From positions 5,031-69,030 of the IMG/VR virus record IMGVR_UViG_3300019487_000005: a DNA stretch of 64,000 nt; one strand, 5' to 3'. Below, one piece after another: positions 7,567 through 15,781 of the stretch. The notes under the pieces are model-generated. The model was not told the origin of the DNA. It saw nothing but the letters and a program-made list of their open reading frames with translations, and made no database searches. Position 1 is the stretch's first letter; each line of letters opens with the position of its first letter. Position numbers and translations under genes: made by a program. The stretch comes from a virus.

Positions 7567-7797
7567 ATGACAATCTATCTCCGCATCGGAATATCCTCTT
7601 TACTTGCTGGCTACTTCATTGGCAGGCAAGTAGGTAAATCTGAATTACAGAGACTAGAAAGAATGAATGCCCACGCATTAGCAAGGCTGTGTGTAGCAAT
7701 AGACGATAAAGACAAAGTTCAAGAGAAGTTAAATGATGCTGAAGAGACGATCAGGCTCAGGAAAGATCCTGAGTTCTGGCCGGAGGTTATCAATTGA
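7567..7797 (+). CDS. membrane-anchored coiled-coil protein
   Basis: 76-aa ORF with an N-terminal hydrophobic segment followed by a charged helix. Ends ...EFWPEVIN. Confidence 0.5.
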   Translation: MTIYLRIGISSLLAGYFIGRQVGKSELQRLERMNAHALARLCVAIDDKDKVQEKLNDAEETIRLRKDPEFWPEVIN

Positions 7798-8075
7798 ACT
7801 CGATGGCTAACCCCTTTGACAAGTTCTTTGATTATCTCAATAGCAAACAGGAACCACTCTGGATAACGCCCATGAAATCAACAGTCGTCAGCCTGAAGTA
7901 CGAGTTATCGGTGGTGCCTGAACCTAAAGAGGCTTCGGAACCGCTTGCTCGTATTAAATTCCTAGACGGAAATGATGAGCCCGCCGTCACCATGTTGATG
8001 AACGTCACGGCGCTGGATGCGTTTATTGGCAAGTTAATCTCGTTACGCGATCTATTGGAGCAAGCGAAGAAGTGA
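7794..8075 (+). CDS. hypothetical protein
   Basis: 93-aa ORF whose start overlaps the upstream stop by 4 nt. Confidence 0.5.
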   Translation: MNSMANPFDKFFDYLNSKQEPLWITPMKSTVVSLKYELSVVPEPKEASEPLARIKFLDGNDEPAVTMLMNVTALDAFIGKLISLRDLLEQAKK

Positions 8076-8179
8076 ACTCCGAAGATCAGCAGATCATAGG
8101 TTCCTGTTTAGTCAGCTTACTACTTTTGGTGGTGATCTTCTGCTTGATTGCGGGAGTGATTAGTTGGAGGTGAGTTTAA

Positions 8180-8449
8180 TTGTTTAGGATCCGCATCGCT
8201 CTTATTGTCCTAGTGTTTATGGTGGGGATTGCTCTCTTTCCTTGGGTGTTTTGGGATCCTGAAGGTACTAAGAAACTGCTTCAGAGTATGGGTTATTCAA
8301 GCATCCAAATTGGCGGTTATGGGTGGTTTCAGTGTGCTCGGGAAGACTTGTACGCAACGAAGTTTACTGCCACAAGTCCCAGTGGGCAGCAAGTATCCGG
8401 AGCTGTGTGCGCGGGGATCTTTAAGAATAAAACAGTGAGGCTTGATTGA
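8180..8449 (+). CDS. small membrane protein
   Basis: 89-aa ORF (TTG start) with an N-terminal TM segment IRIALIVLVFMVGIALFPWVF. Confidence 0.45.
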   Translation: MFRIRIALIVLVFMVGIALFPWVFWDPEGTKKLLQSMGYSSIQIGGYGWFQCAREDLYATKFTATSPSGQQVSGAVCAGIFKNKTVRLD

Positions 8450-8450
8450 G

Positions 8451-8576
8451 ATGTACGACGACACTGAACTAACTTACTGGCGAGAGAAATCCCCGAGACA
8501 GAGAAGATCTGGAAGGATCGCTTTAGCCTGCGGGATCTTTGTCTTTATTGTTCTGGCTTTACTGATTGGGGAGTGA
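8451..8576 (+). CDS. very small C-terminal-TM protein
   Basis: 41-aa ORF (below the track cutoff) read from sequence: MYDDTELTYWREKSPRQRRSGRIALACGIFVFIVLALLIGE. Tightly packed between neighbouring genes. Confidence 0.3.
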   Translation: MYDDTELTYWREKSPRQRRSGRIALACGIFVFIVLALLIGE

Positions 8577-8579
8577 GAA

Positions 8580-8849
8580 ATGCTTCTACTTCTTTGGCTC
8601 ACCACTTTTGCTTGCGGCTTAGTTATCGGCGGCGTTTTGTCTGCTTGGATGAAAGATGCGGAGTTCTCGCGCTTTGAGTCTCAGACTGAATCCTTGGTTG
8701 ATCAACTTAAAATTCTGACAGAGGCTCTGGAGCGGGCTAGGTGCGAAGCAGAAGCCGCCAACAGGTGGGCCGAAGAATTCAACAGACTTCGAAAAAAGGC
8801 TGAGGCCGAACTTAAAAGCATGGAGGAATGGCCTCCGTTTATTCACTAA
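8580..8849 (+). CDS. membrane-anchored coiled-coil protein
   Basis: 89-aa ORF with an N-terminal TM segment and a coiled coil. It ends ...EEWPPFIH, the same architecture as 7567-7797. Confidence 0.5.
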   Translation: MLLLLWLTTFACGLVIGGVLSAWMKDAEFSRFESQTESLVDQLKILTEALERARCEAEAANRWAEEFNRLRKKAEAELKSMEEWPPFIH

Positions 8850-9166
8850 TGAACAAATACCGCGCAGTCAGAACTGAAATCGATAACATTACCTTCGCGT
8901 CCAAGAAGGAAGCGGCCCGCTATCAGGAACTGCGCTTTCTGGAAAAGGCCGGGGAGATCAAGGATCTGAGGCTCCAGGTTCCCTTTAAGTTCCAATTAAA
9001 CGGAGTGCACATCTGCAAGTATCTAGCGGACTTTGTCTTCAAGGAACGAAAGAACGGCTACTGGATCGAAGTGGTTGAAGATACCAAGGGACGCGCAACT
9101 CGGGACTACCGGATAAAGAAGCGAATGATGAAAGCCTTCTTTGCCATCGACGTAAGAGAAAGCTAG
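8849..9166 (+). CDS. DUF1064-family protein
   Basis: MNKYRAVRTEIDNITFASKKEAARYQELRFLEKAGEIKDLRLQVPF...ADFVF...EDTKG matches the DUF1064 pattern. The alternative start at 8828 overlaps the upstream gene. Confidence 0.6.
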   Translation: MNKYRAVRTEIDNITFASKKEAARYQELRFLEKAGEIKDLRLQVPFKFQLNGVHICKYLADFVFKERKNGYWIEVVEDTKGRATRDYRIKKRMMKAFFAIDVRES

Positions 9167-9178
9167 GGAGATTTAGGG

Positions 9179-10009
9179 ATGACTACAGCAGCACAAACCT
9201 TAGAGTTCTTTGAGGAAAAGGCTGATGGACTGTTGGAGTATAAAGGGCCAGTTGATGATGTTGGGATCGTTGTTGAGAAGTGGCGGCAGATGGATGCGAC
9301 TATTGACATTGGTATCTGGGGGCAAGCATCGATCGCGGCGGCAATTGAGCCAAAGTACCGGGACGGGCGCATGGAGAAATTCGCTGAAGCAGTTGAGAAA
9401 CATCCCTCTTACATTCGACGGATAGCCAAAACCTATAAATTCTACGTGGTTGAAAACAAGACCCGGGTCTCAAATCTATCATTCAAACACCATTCAGTAG
9501 CAATGAGGCACCCGAAGCCCTTTGAGGCGTTAGAAAAGGCTGCAATGGGGGGCTGGGGATGCGTAAAACTGGAGGAATGGATTCTTAACGAGGCTGTTGC
9601 GAATAGTAAGGTCAAGCGAGCGGCAAAGCAGCGGCGACAGAACGACTTTAGAGATTTCCTTGAACGGGTGGACGGATTGATTCTGAATGATTTCATGCAG
9701 ACTTGTCCTAACGCAGAGTGGGGCCGGCGAGTGTTCGAGAACTGGCGCGAGGACATAACCTGGGAGCTGAGTCAGATAGAACGTACTGAGGTTGACGATC
9801 GGGTGGTCGATGCCGTAACTGATGGGGCGGTCACAGTTCAGGACATTAAAAGCAAGACCGGGCTGGCAACAAAGGACATTGAACGGGCGGTAGCAACGAA
9901 AATGACTGAAGGAGTGTGGGAGTGGGTACGAGAAGGGGGAAAAACGGACGTGGCCCGAGGGACGCGAAGGGCGATAATTCATGTGGTTGGAGAACGAGTT
10001 TTCACCTAA
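9179..10009 (+). CDS. hypothetical protein
   Basis: 276-aa ORF with ATG, preceded by GGGAGA. No family recognised with confidence. Confidence 0.55.
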   Translation: MTTAAQTLEFFEEKADGLLEYKGPVDDVGIVVEKWRQMDATIDIGIWGQASIAAAIEPKYRDGRMEKFAEAVEKHPSYIRRIAKTYKFYVVENKTRVSNLSFKHHSVAMRHPKPFEALEKAAMGGWGCVKLEEWILNEAVANSKVKRAAKQRRQNDFRDFLERVDGLILNDFMQTCPNAEWGRRVFENWREDITWELSQIERTEVDDRVVDAVTDGAVTVQDIKSKTGLATKDIERAVATKMTEGVWEWVREGGKTDVARGTRRAIIHVVGERVFT

Positions 10010-10308
10010 AATATCAGCATCAGAATACAAGATATTTATTGGATAGCCGGGATACTAGAAGGTGAAGGGTGCTTTGACTTCAACGGTGGGTATCCGCGTA
10101 TTCGTCTTCAGATGAACGACGGGGACACGATTAGCCGCGCCGCAGCCATAATGGGGTAAGGAGAGGCATGAGGTGGTTGCGGCCAAGACAGCCCAACCGG
10201 GCGGGGCAATACGGCATCTGTGTTACAGGGAAGAATGCGCTTGCTTGGATGCTGACTTTATATGCCCTGATGAGCGCAAGACGGCGACAACAAGGTGAAG
10301 TGAATTAG
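9981..10308 (+). pseudogene. frame-disrupted LAGLIDADG-type homing endonuclease remnant
   Basis: Three pieces in three frames: 9981-10046 (MWLENEFSPKISASEYK..), 10031-10159 (DIYWIAGILEGEGCFDF...AAIMG*) and 10168-10308 (MRWLRPRQ...GKNALAWMLTLYALMSARRRQQ..). IAGILEGEGCF is a LAGLIDADG-type motif. Confidence 0.45.
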
Positions 10309-10566
10309 ATGGGCGAGCATGCTTGGGATTATTGCGGTCACTGTCAACGCGCTTACGTTAGATGCGGCCAGTGCGGGAATAATTGTTGCAATGGCGGCTA
10401 TGGTAGAGCTGATGGTAAAGGGCCGTGGAACGGAGATCCCCTAGTCGCTATCTGTGAGGCATGCCCGTCCGCGTACGATAAACAAGCCAATGAGAAACCA
10501 CCAGACTTTGACCCTGAGTTTATCGCTCAACAAATCGCCCTGGAAAACAGCTGGGTGCTAGAGTGA
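10309..10566 (+). CDS. Cys-rich (zinc-ribbon-like) small protein
   Basis: 85-aa ORF containing CGHCQ...CGQCGNNCC...CEAC. Confidence 0.5.
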   Translation: MGEHAWDYCGHCQRAYVRCGQCGNNCCNGGYGRADGKGPWNGDPLVAICEACPSAYDKQANEKPPDFDPEFIAQQIALENSWVLE

Positions 10567-10692
10567 GTGCTAGAATAGGATTATGTTTGTATTCCTTCAG
10601 ATCCTTTGCAGTAGATAGGGTGTAAGCAATCCCGCTTGCGCCCTTTGCAAAGGAGAATTGTCTTGCAAAGATGGCATCAGGAAGTGCCGCTA

Positions 10693-10938
10693 ATGCTCAG
10701 GCGGCAGCGGTTTGAGGTGTCTAAGCATTGGGATCGAACTACTGGTGAGATATTTCAGTGCAATTGCCTTGAGGGGATCGGGACAATGCGAAAGCACCGG
10801 CCAAATGAGAGTTGCAATACCTGCTCGCTTTGTGATGTCCATCGTTATTATAAACGTTTGGCAAGGCGTCAGGAACGGCGAAAGTTAAAGCGAATCACCG
10901 ATCCGGCGGAGTTCTTTCGACGCGGCCAATACTTTTAG
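10693..10938 (+). CDS. Cys-rich basic small protein
   Basis: Coordinates use the first in-frame ATG (10693). The track uses TTG 10636. Contains CNC...CNTCSLC and a basic tail. Confidence 0.4.
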   Translation: MLRRQRFEVSKHWDRTTGEIFQCNCLEGIGTMRKHRPNESCNTCSLCDVHRYYKRLARRQERRKLKRITDPAEFFRRGQYF

Positions 10939-11010
10939 AATAAGCCAAATAAGCACTTAAAAAGGTGAACAAAGGGCGAACAAAACAGGCAATTTATTTG
11001 CCGAATGCGC

Positions 11011-11039
11011 TTGACAAAGTGCTGCACCTAGTTTACTGT
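11011..11039 (+). promoter_or_regulatory. candidate sigma70-type promoter
   Basis: TTGACA (11011-11016), 17-nt spacer, TACTGT (11034-11039). Located 27 nt upstream of the ATG at 11066 in a 127-nt intergenic gap. Confidence 0.3.
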
Positions 11040-11065
11040 CTCAGCATTGAAAAGGAGATAAGAAA

Positions 11066-11431
11066 ATGACCAAGAAAATCCTGGGATACAACATTCTCGG
11101 CCAGCCCATGTTTGAGCAAGCGGATGGCACAGTATCTACCGCTCGTACACTTACCGCTGTGGAAAAACGCGATATTCGGTATCGCGAGGAAATGAGGCGT
11201 TTTGAATGGCCAGGCGACGAACATTTTTTTGCGCCGCTCGCTAGTGAGAGGCTGATTGAAATATATAGGGGAGTGGAAGCCGCCCATCCTGGCGGCGGGT
11301 GGAAGATGCAATGGGTCGTCACTATGAAGGGTGGCCAGGGGATTCCGGCCAATTGCTATTACCCGCCTAACGACGGTCCGGCCACAGCTGTTTTCGCGGA
11401 TGGCTCCAGTAGCACGGACTGGGAAGCGTAG
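11066..11431 (+). CDS. hypothetical protein
   Basis: 121-aa ORF preceded by AAAGGAGA. Confidence 0.5.
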   Translation: MTKKILGYNILGQPMFEQADGTVSTARTLTAVEKRDIRYREEMRRFEWPGDEHFFAPLASERLIEIYRGVEAAHPGGGWKMQWVVTMKGGQGIPANCYYPPNDGPATAVFADGSSSTDWEA

Positions 11432-11498
11432 AGAAAGGGAGATTACAAATTCCGAGGCTGATTGGCTTCGTTGGCCAATATATCGGACGAGCGAACTA

Positions 11499-11672
11499 AT
11501 GTCCACCAAACACACTCGCATATCAGTAATCGTAACGGAGAGAGAGAGCAAGTCTCTCCTCCGTGAGTGTCGAAACGGCGAAACCTTACCGGCCTTGATT
11601 CGCCGCAAGTTAAATCTTGTGCCTCTCAAACAGGGACCTCCGAAGGGCAACAAGAACGCTGCCAAGAAATAG
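11499..11672 (+). CDS. small RHH-like protein with basic C-terminal tail
   Basis: Internal ATG of ORF 11331-11672, chosen to avoid overlap with the previous gene. Sequence: MSTKHTRISVIVTERESKSLLRECRNGETLPALIRRKLNL...PPKGNKNAAKK. Confidence 0.35.
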   Translation: MSTKHTRISVIVTERESKSLLRECRNGETLPALIRRKLNLVPLKQGPPKGNKNAAKK

Positions 11673-11845
11673 ATACTTCTTTCCCGCCTTAAAACGTAAA
11701 TCCTCCAATTAGCCTACTCTCTTACTAGGGCGCGCAGCCCTATCTTGTGTTCCTTTCATGCACCGAGTGGCCTTCGTTTGGAAGTCGGGGGCACTTCAAC
11801 CTATCTGCGAGGGCCAACCATATGCTAGGCAAGGAGCCAGCAGTC

Positions 11846-12457
11846 TTAGCACTGACGGAAAGGACGACTAAGGGCTTTGTCTACGCCCCAATGAGCAATT
11901 CTCCATTCAATTGTCCCTCGCGAGACATGAAAATAGTTGCCCCACCCCGCGAGCGTCCGTGTTTCACCGTTGAACGTGATAAGTCGATTGTTAGATTTAT
12001 TATTAGACTGCTCTTGCCATGTAGCCCATTTACAATTATCAGGCGAGTAGCCCAAGTGGTTGTTCTTGCGCTCAAGGGTATGAGTTGGAGAAGGGCGCGG
12101 CCCCATGTCTTGGAAAAACGCCTCAAACGAGTTTCGCCATTCATCACAGACGCTAATACCGCGTCCGCCATAACGTGCAAACGCATGATTGTTCGGATTA
12201 AGACATCGATCTCTCAGTTGATTCCACACCCAATATTCAGGAGCCTTGCTCATATTGTGGGTCCGATTCTTGGGCGGGCCTTGTCGGAGACACCCACAAG
12301 ATTTAGTTATGCCAGTTTGCAGTTTATAGGAGTTAACCGTGGTGGTAGTTCCGCAGTCGCATGTACAGAGCCATTGGGTGCGCTTGTTGATTATACAAAA
12401 ACTAACAGCAGTCAAGCGGCCGAATCGTTTTCCCGTGATATTGTTAAGTTTAGTCAT
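11846..12457 (-). CDS. HNH/AP2-like free-standing endonuclease-family protein
   Basis: 203-aa ORF opposite to the surrounding operon. GKRFGRLTAV...WLCTCDCG...SCGC...RYGGRGISVCDEW...LERKNNHLGYSPDNCKWATWQEQSNN is a recurrent phage family pattern. Confidence 0.6.
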   Translation of the reverse strand: MTKLNNITGKRFGRLTAVSFCIINKRTQWLCTCDCGTTTTVNSYKLQTGITKSCGCLRQGPPKNRTHNMSKAPEYWVWNQLRDRCLNPNNHAFARYGGRGISVCDEWRNSFEAFFQDMGPRPSPTHTLERKNNHLGYSPDNCKWATWQEQSNNKSNNRLITFNGETRTLAGWGNYFHVSRGTIEWRIAHWGVDKALSRPFRQC

Positions 12458-12561
12458 GGCGTGAATCTCCTGAATAGATTTGCGTCGTGGTTAGGCTCGT
12501 CCGTTGCTTATAACAACGTTCGAGCCGTTTCTATTTTAACATAGAAAAGGAGTTAGCTTAC

Positions 12562-12840
12562 ATGGTTGGAAAAGAGCCGGCAGTGGTTTTTGGAGCGATT
12601 TCTGAATTACTGAGACAGCTAATCCCAATGTTGATCGTCTTTGGGTTTATTAACTGGACAGATGTTCAGATAGGTGCCGTATTTTCGTTTTCTAGTGCGG
12701 TAATTGCCGTGCTAACCGTTTTGCTTACTCGTGCCGCCAGTGTATCCACAGAGACAGCTAACAAGCAGATCGAGGTGGCGGTGAAGCAGCCGATAGGGAC
12801 GCCGGTGGAAAAGGTAATTGAGATAGCCAAGGAGACTTAA
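12562..12840 (+). CDS. membrane protein (holin-like topology)
   Basis: 92-aa ORF preceded by AAAGGAG. Two hydrophobic segments. Confidence 0.5.
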   Translation: MVGKEPAVVFGAISELLRQLIPMLIVFGFINWTDVQIGAVFSFSSAVIAVLTVLLTRAASVSTETANKQIEVAVKQPIGTPVEKVIEIAKET

Positions 12841-13298
12841 TGCAGCGTCGGCACGTCATTTCTTTAATCCTGGTTCTTTCGCTTGCTTGTCTGGCGCCGA
12901 AGTGTGGATCAAACAAAGTCCGGGAAGCCAGTAAAGCAAGTGACAGGATTGCCACTCTGATTGGCTCCATGATCGATCTCAAAAGGGATTTGGGAGTGAT
13001 AGGCCCGCAGGGCGGGGGGATCAGTCCGGCAGAAGAACTGAAGCTAACTGAGTGGTTGTTGAAGGTAAATACTGCGACAAAGCAGTTTACAGCGAAGGCC
13101 AGAACGCTTTCTGAGGATTCTCCGACTACCAAGCTGGAGCTGGCGAGCGCGTTTAATTCAGTGACCACGGCGGTAAATAGTTTGAGCAATCAGGCGATCT
13201 TCCCGATCAGGAATCCAGAAGCGAAAGCGAAGTTTCTAGCTTTGTTGAACAGTGTAAATGCCAGTATCCAGATCATTGATACGGCTTTAAGGAGTTGA
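12840..13298 (+). CDS. putative lipoprotein
   Basis: 152-aa ORF with a TAATG junction. Signal peptide with lipobox-like LSLAC. Confidence 0.5.
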   Translation: MQRRHVISLILVLSLACLAPKCGSNKVREASKASDRIATLIGSMIDLKRDLGVIGPQGGGISPAEELKLTEWLLKVNTATKQFTAKARTLSEDSPTTKLELASAFNSVTTAVNSLSNQAIFPIRNPEAKAKFLALLNSVNASIQIIDTALRS

Positions 13299-13299
13299 G

Positions 13300-13491
13300 A
13301 TGGCTGACTGGGTGATATTGGGGCCGATGTTGGCCAAGATTTTAGCGGACTTCATTGCTGCCGAACGATCTCGATCTGGCTTGAGTACCCAAGAAATATT
13401 CGAGCGAGCAGGGCGTCAACTAGATCAAAACGAAGTCAAGCTTCTTGAAGATCTTGAACGGTTACAGGGAGCCGAGGAACCAACTGAGTAA
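13300..13491 (+). CDS. hypothetical protein
   Basis: 63-aa ORF, tightly packed. Confidence 0.45.
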   Translation: MADWVILGPMLAKILADFIAAERSRSGLSTQEIFERAGRQLDQNEVKLLEDLERLQGAEEPTE

Positions 13492-13724
13492 TGGCGTGGA
13501 TTGATTTAAACATGAGATTCGGTCCTTGGATGCTCACAGACGAACCAGCGTTAGAGCCTGGTCCTCAAGAAGTAAATGTAGGGCAACAAATTCCAATGCA
13601 TCGGCGGATTGGGGATTTAATTACCGAAGCCAAGCAGAAAACCTCACTTGATAACCGTTGGAAACCCATCGTTGAGCAGCTTACCCGGGCAGGCGCCGGA
13701 GCGTGGGAGGTTGAAGGAGATTGA
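13491..13724 (+). CDS. hypothetical protein
   Basis: 77-aa ORF with a TAATG junction. Confidence 0.45.
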   Translation: MAWIDLNMRFGPWMLTDEPALEPGPQEVNVGQQIPMHRRIGDLITEAKQKTSLDNRWKPIVEQLTRAGAGAWEVEGD

Positions 13725-13725
13725 A

Positions 13726-14061
13726 ATGAGCGCAGAATTAGGTACGTCAAGCAGTCTTAATTATATTTCCTCTAATAGCCCCAACTCGGCTACGTTTAAC
13801 GGTTATTCCTGTTCACTATGCGGCGTGTGGGTGGTTTCTGGATTTCTACACACATGCGTATTAATTACGTCAACCCAGTGGTTGTTTTGCAGTCGCTGTG
13901 GAGCGTATTACTTGGACTCGCATGTTTGCTTGTCACCATCACTTGCGATAGATCGAACGCTTCATAAGTGCCCTTGTTGTGATGGTTGGGGTGAACGTTC
14001 ACTTGAGGAACAAAAGCGAACGTGTAAATCATGCAATGGCACAGGCGTGCTATGGAGTTAA
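13726..14061 (+). CDS. Cys-rich protein with DnaJ-type CxxCxGxG zinc-finger motif
   Basis: ATG 13726 follows GAAGGAG. C-terminal CPCCDGWG...CKSCNGTG. The track's earlier start at 13648 overlaps the upstream gene. Confidence 0.5.
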   Translation: MSAELGTSSSLNYISSNSPNSATFNGYSCSLCGVWVVSGFLHTCVLITSTQWLFCSRCGAYYLDSHVCLSPSLAIDRTLHKCPCCDGWGERSLEEQKRTCKSCNGTGVLWS

Positions 14062-14064
14062 GTT

Positions 14065-14373
14065 ATGAACCTCACCGACAAGCTTTCTGACGTGGTGCCG
14101 TGGGTGAAGTCAGAAGCTAATCCAAAACAGAAGGTAATCCCGACACACATGAGTTATCTACAGGACGAACTCGACTCGTTTGATAAAACTCTTTCTCTAC
14201 TGGAAGAGAAGTTAAATCCGGTGCTGAGTCCAAAGCTTGACGATGCACCAATCACCCATGCCTCGGATCCGGTGCCGGTCGTTCCCTTTGCGGCGTCGGT
14301 GCAGGAGAAAGCTTGGGCGTTGAAGCAACTCAGAGCGCGGGTAGAGGCTTTGAGTAAGCGGATTGAAATTTAG
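14065..14373 (+). CDS. hypothetical protein
   Basis: 102-aa ORF. Confidence 0.5.
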   Translation: MNLTDKLSDVVPWVKSEANPKQKVIPTHMSYLQDELDSFDKTLSLLEEKLNPVLSPKLDDAPITHASDPVPVVPFAASVQEKAWALKQLRARVEALSKRIEI

Positions 14374-14779
14374 GGGTTTGGCGGTGTCTTTGTGAATCTT
14401 GGCAACTAGATTCGGGTAAGGAGCAGGGATGCCGCCAAAGCAAGTTTGGCGATAACTCTCCACTGGTAGCCGGGGAGCGTAGAACTTAGATCAGCTATTT
14501 GGATAGTCGGTTGATCTCCGCACGCTTCATCATTCCTTTCGACCAAGAACACCGGAGAAGGTGGAACGGTTATCGCCAAAGATATTTCGGGGATGCGCCG
14601 AGATCGGGAGGGGCTAAGCGAAAAGCCTCTTGATTATACGGGAGACATCGCATCCCCGTCCAGAATTCGCGGGGGCTATAGGAGAGGAGCACATCGGGGA
14701 GACGGGGAGATTTCCAAATGTGTTTATCGGTAGTTCCCGCGGATGATTCACCAAACAGCCCAGTTGAAGGTGAACGTGA

Positions 14780-15169
14780 TTGAAACTAAAGAGCAGGCTC
14801 AGGGAGATCCTTACGGCACCCGCATTGGGCCCGTCAGAAATTATTTTGGGATGTACCACAGCAGCCTATGGCCTCGGCTTATTGCTTCCGGCGGCGGAAT
14901 TCACGCAGGCCGTAAATATGGCAACGTTCAGCGAACCCATCTGGGGAGTGATTTTTTTGACTGTGGGACTGACAAGGGTATTGAGTGTGTGTGCAGGCCA
15001 CTATCCCGGCAGAGTGATCCTGACAATGTTGTCCATCGGACTTTGGGTGTATCTATGGGGCTCCTTTCTTGCCGCCAGTTCGTGGGCATCATGGACACCC
15101 CGCGTATGCGTCCTTTTTTCTTGGATACTCGCCGAGTCGTGGACGTTATTTCGAATCAGCAGGGAATAA
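14780..15169 (+). CDS. multi-pass membrane protein
   Basis: 129-aa ORF (TTG start) with about 4 hydrophobic segments. Preferred over the overlapping 5' part of ORF 14743-15663. Confidence 0.45.
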   Translation: MKLKSRLREILTAPALGPSEIILGCTTAAYGLGLLLPAAEFTQAVNMATFSEPIWGVIFLTVGLTRVLSVCAGHYPGRVILTMLSIGLWVYLWGSFLAASSWASWTPRVCVLFSWILAESWTLFRISRE

Positions 15170-15171
15170 GG

Positions 15172-15663
15172 ATGCCGCCTGTATATCTGCTGGCAGCGGT
15201 GGGGTCAACAATCTTTCTTTTGATTTCCGGCGACTGGTGGGGAGAAATCAGAGGGGCGGTTGCTATTGCTATTCCTTTAATTCTCTATATTTTACGTGAG
15301 CGGGCCCGACAGAAACGGAATTCACAGATGGAGCAGTTGCAGACTACGGACTCGTACTTAAAGCTGACGGGCGACAGAGAAAGGAGACTGGAAGAGCGGG
15401 AGAGTCGTTTAAGAGAAGATGAACGAGAGTTTTTCTTACAGCAATTGGCGATCTCGCGTTCGCGCAGTCACGTACTGGCGGGTGGTTACATGGCGATGGA
15501 ACTAGCTTGTGATCGGTTGATCGAAGTCTTGAGGGAGCATGAGATTGAGATACCGAATGAGATCATGGCCCAGCGGACTCGAGGACGGGTATTGAATCAA
15601 TTGCAAGTCCTGGAAGAGAAAGAAGTCAATCTTCACAACACGGATCCACAGAAAGGACACTAA
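15172..15663 (+). CDS. membrane-anchored coiled-coil protein
   Basis: Internal ATG 15172 follows AGGGAATAAGG. Two TM segments followed by a charged coiled coil. Confidence 0.5.
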   Translation: MPPVYLLAAVGSTIFLLISGDWWGEIRGAVAIAIPLILYILRERARQKRNSQMEQLQTTDSYLKLTGDRERRLEERESRLREDEREFFLQQLAISRSRSHVLAGGYMAMELACDRLIEVLREHEIEIPNEIMAQRTRGRVLNQLQVLEEKEVNLHNTDPQKGH

Positions 15664-15781
15664 TTATGCAGAATGAAGAAGAAGTTAAGCCCGAATCAGA
15701 AACATCTGAAGAGAGTGAAGCGGTGCCGACAGAAGGAGCAGAAGGCGAAGCGGCTGAAGCAGAAGCCAGTGAAACGAGTGA

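Noticed and set aside
11033-12544. Long ORFs 11033-11665 (minus), 11041-11352 (minus) and 11747-12544 (plus)
   Set aside because: They are antisense to better-supported genes: 11066-11431, the RHH-like ORF, and the HNH/AP2-like gene, whose family motifs are clear. The 265-aa plus ORF is open only as the mirror of the endonuclease gene. Just its first 8 codons are meaningful, as an orphan copy of the next gene's start.
14743-15171. 5' part of the 306-aa ORF 14743-15663
   Set aside because: It overlaps, in another frame, a convincing multi-TM ORF (14780-15169). The downstream part has its own ATG with an SD at 15172.
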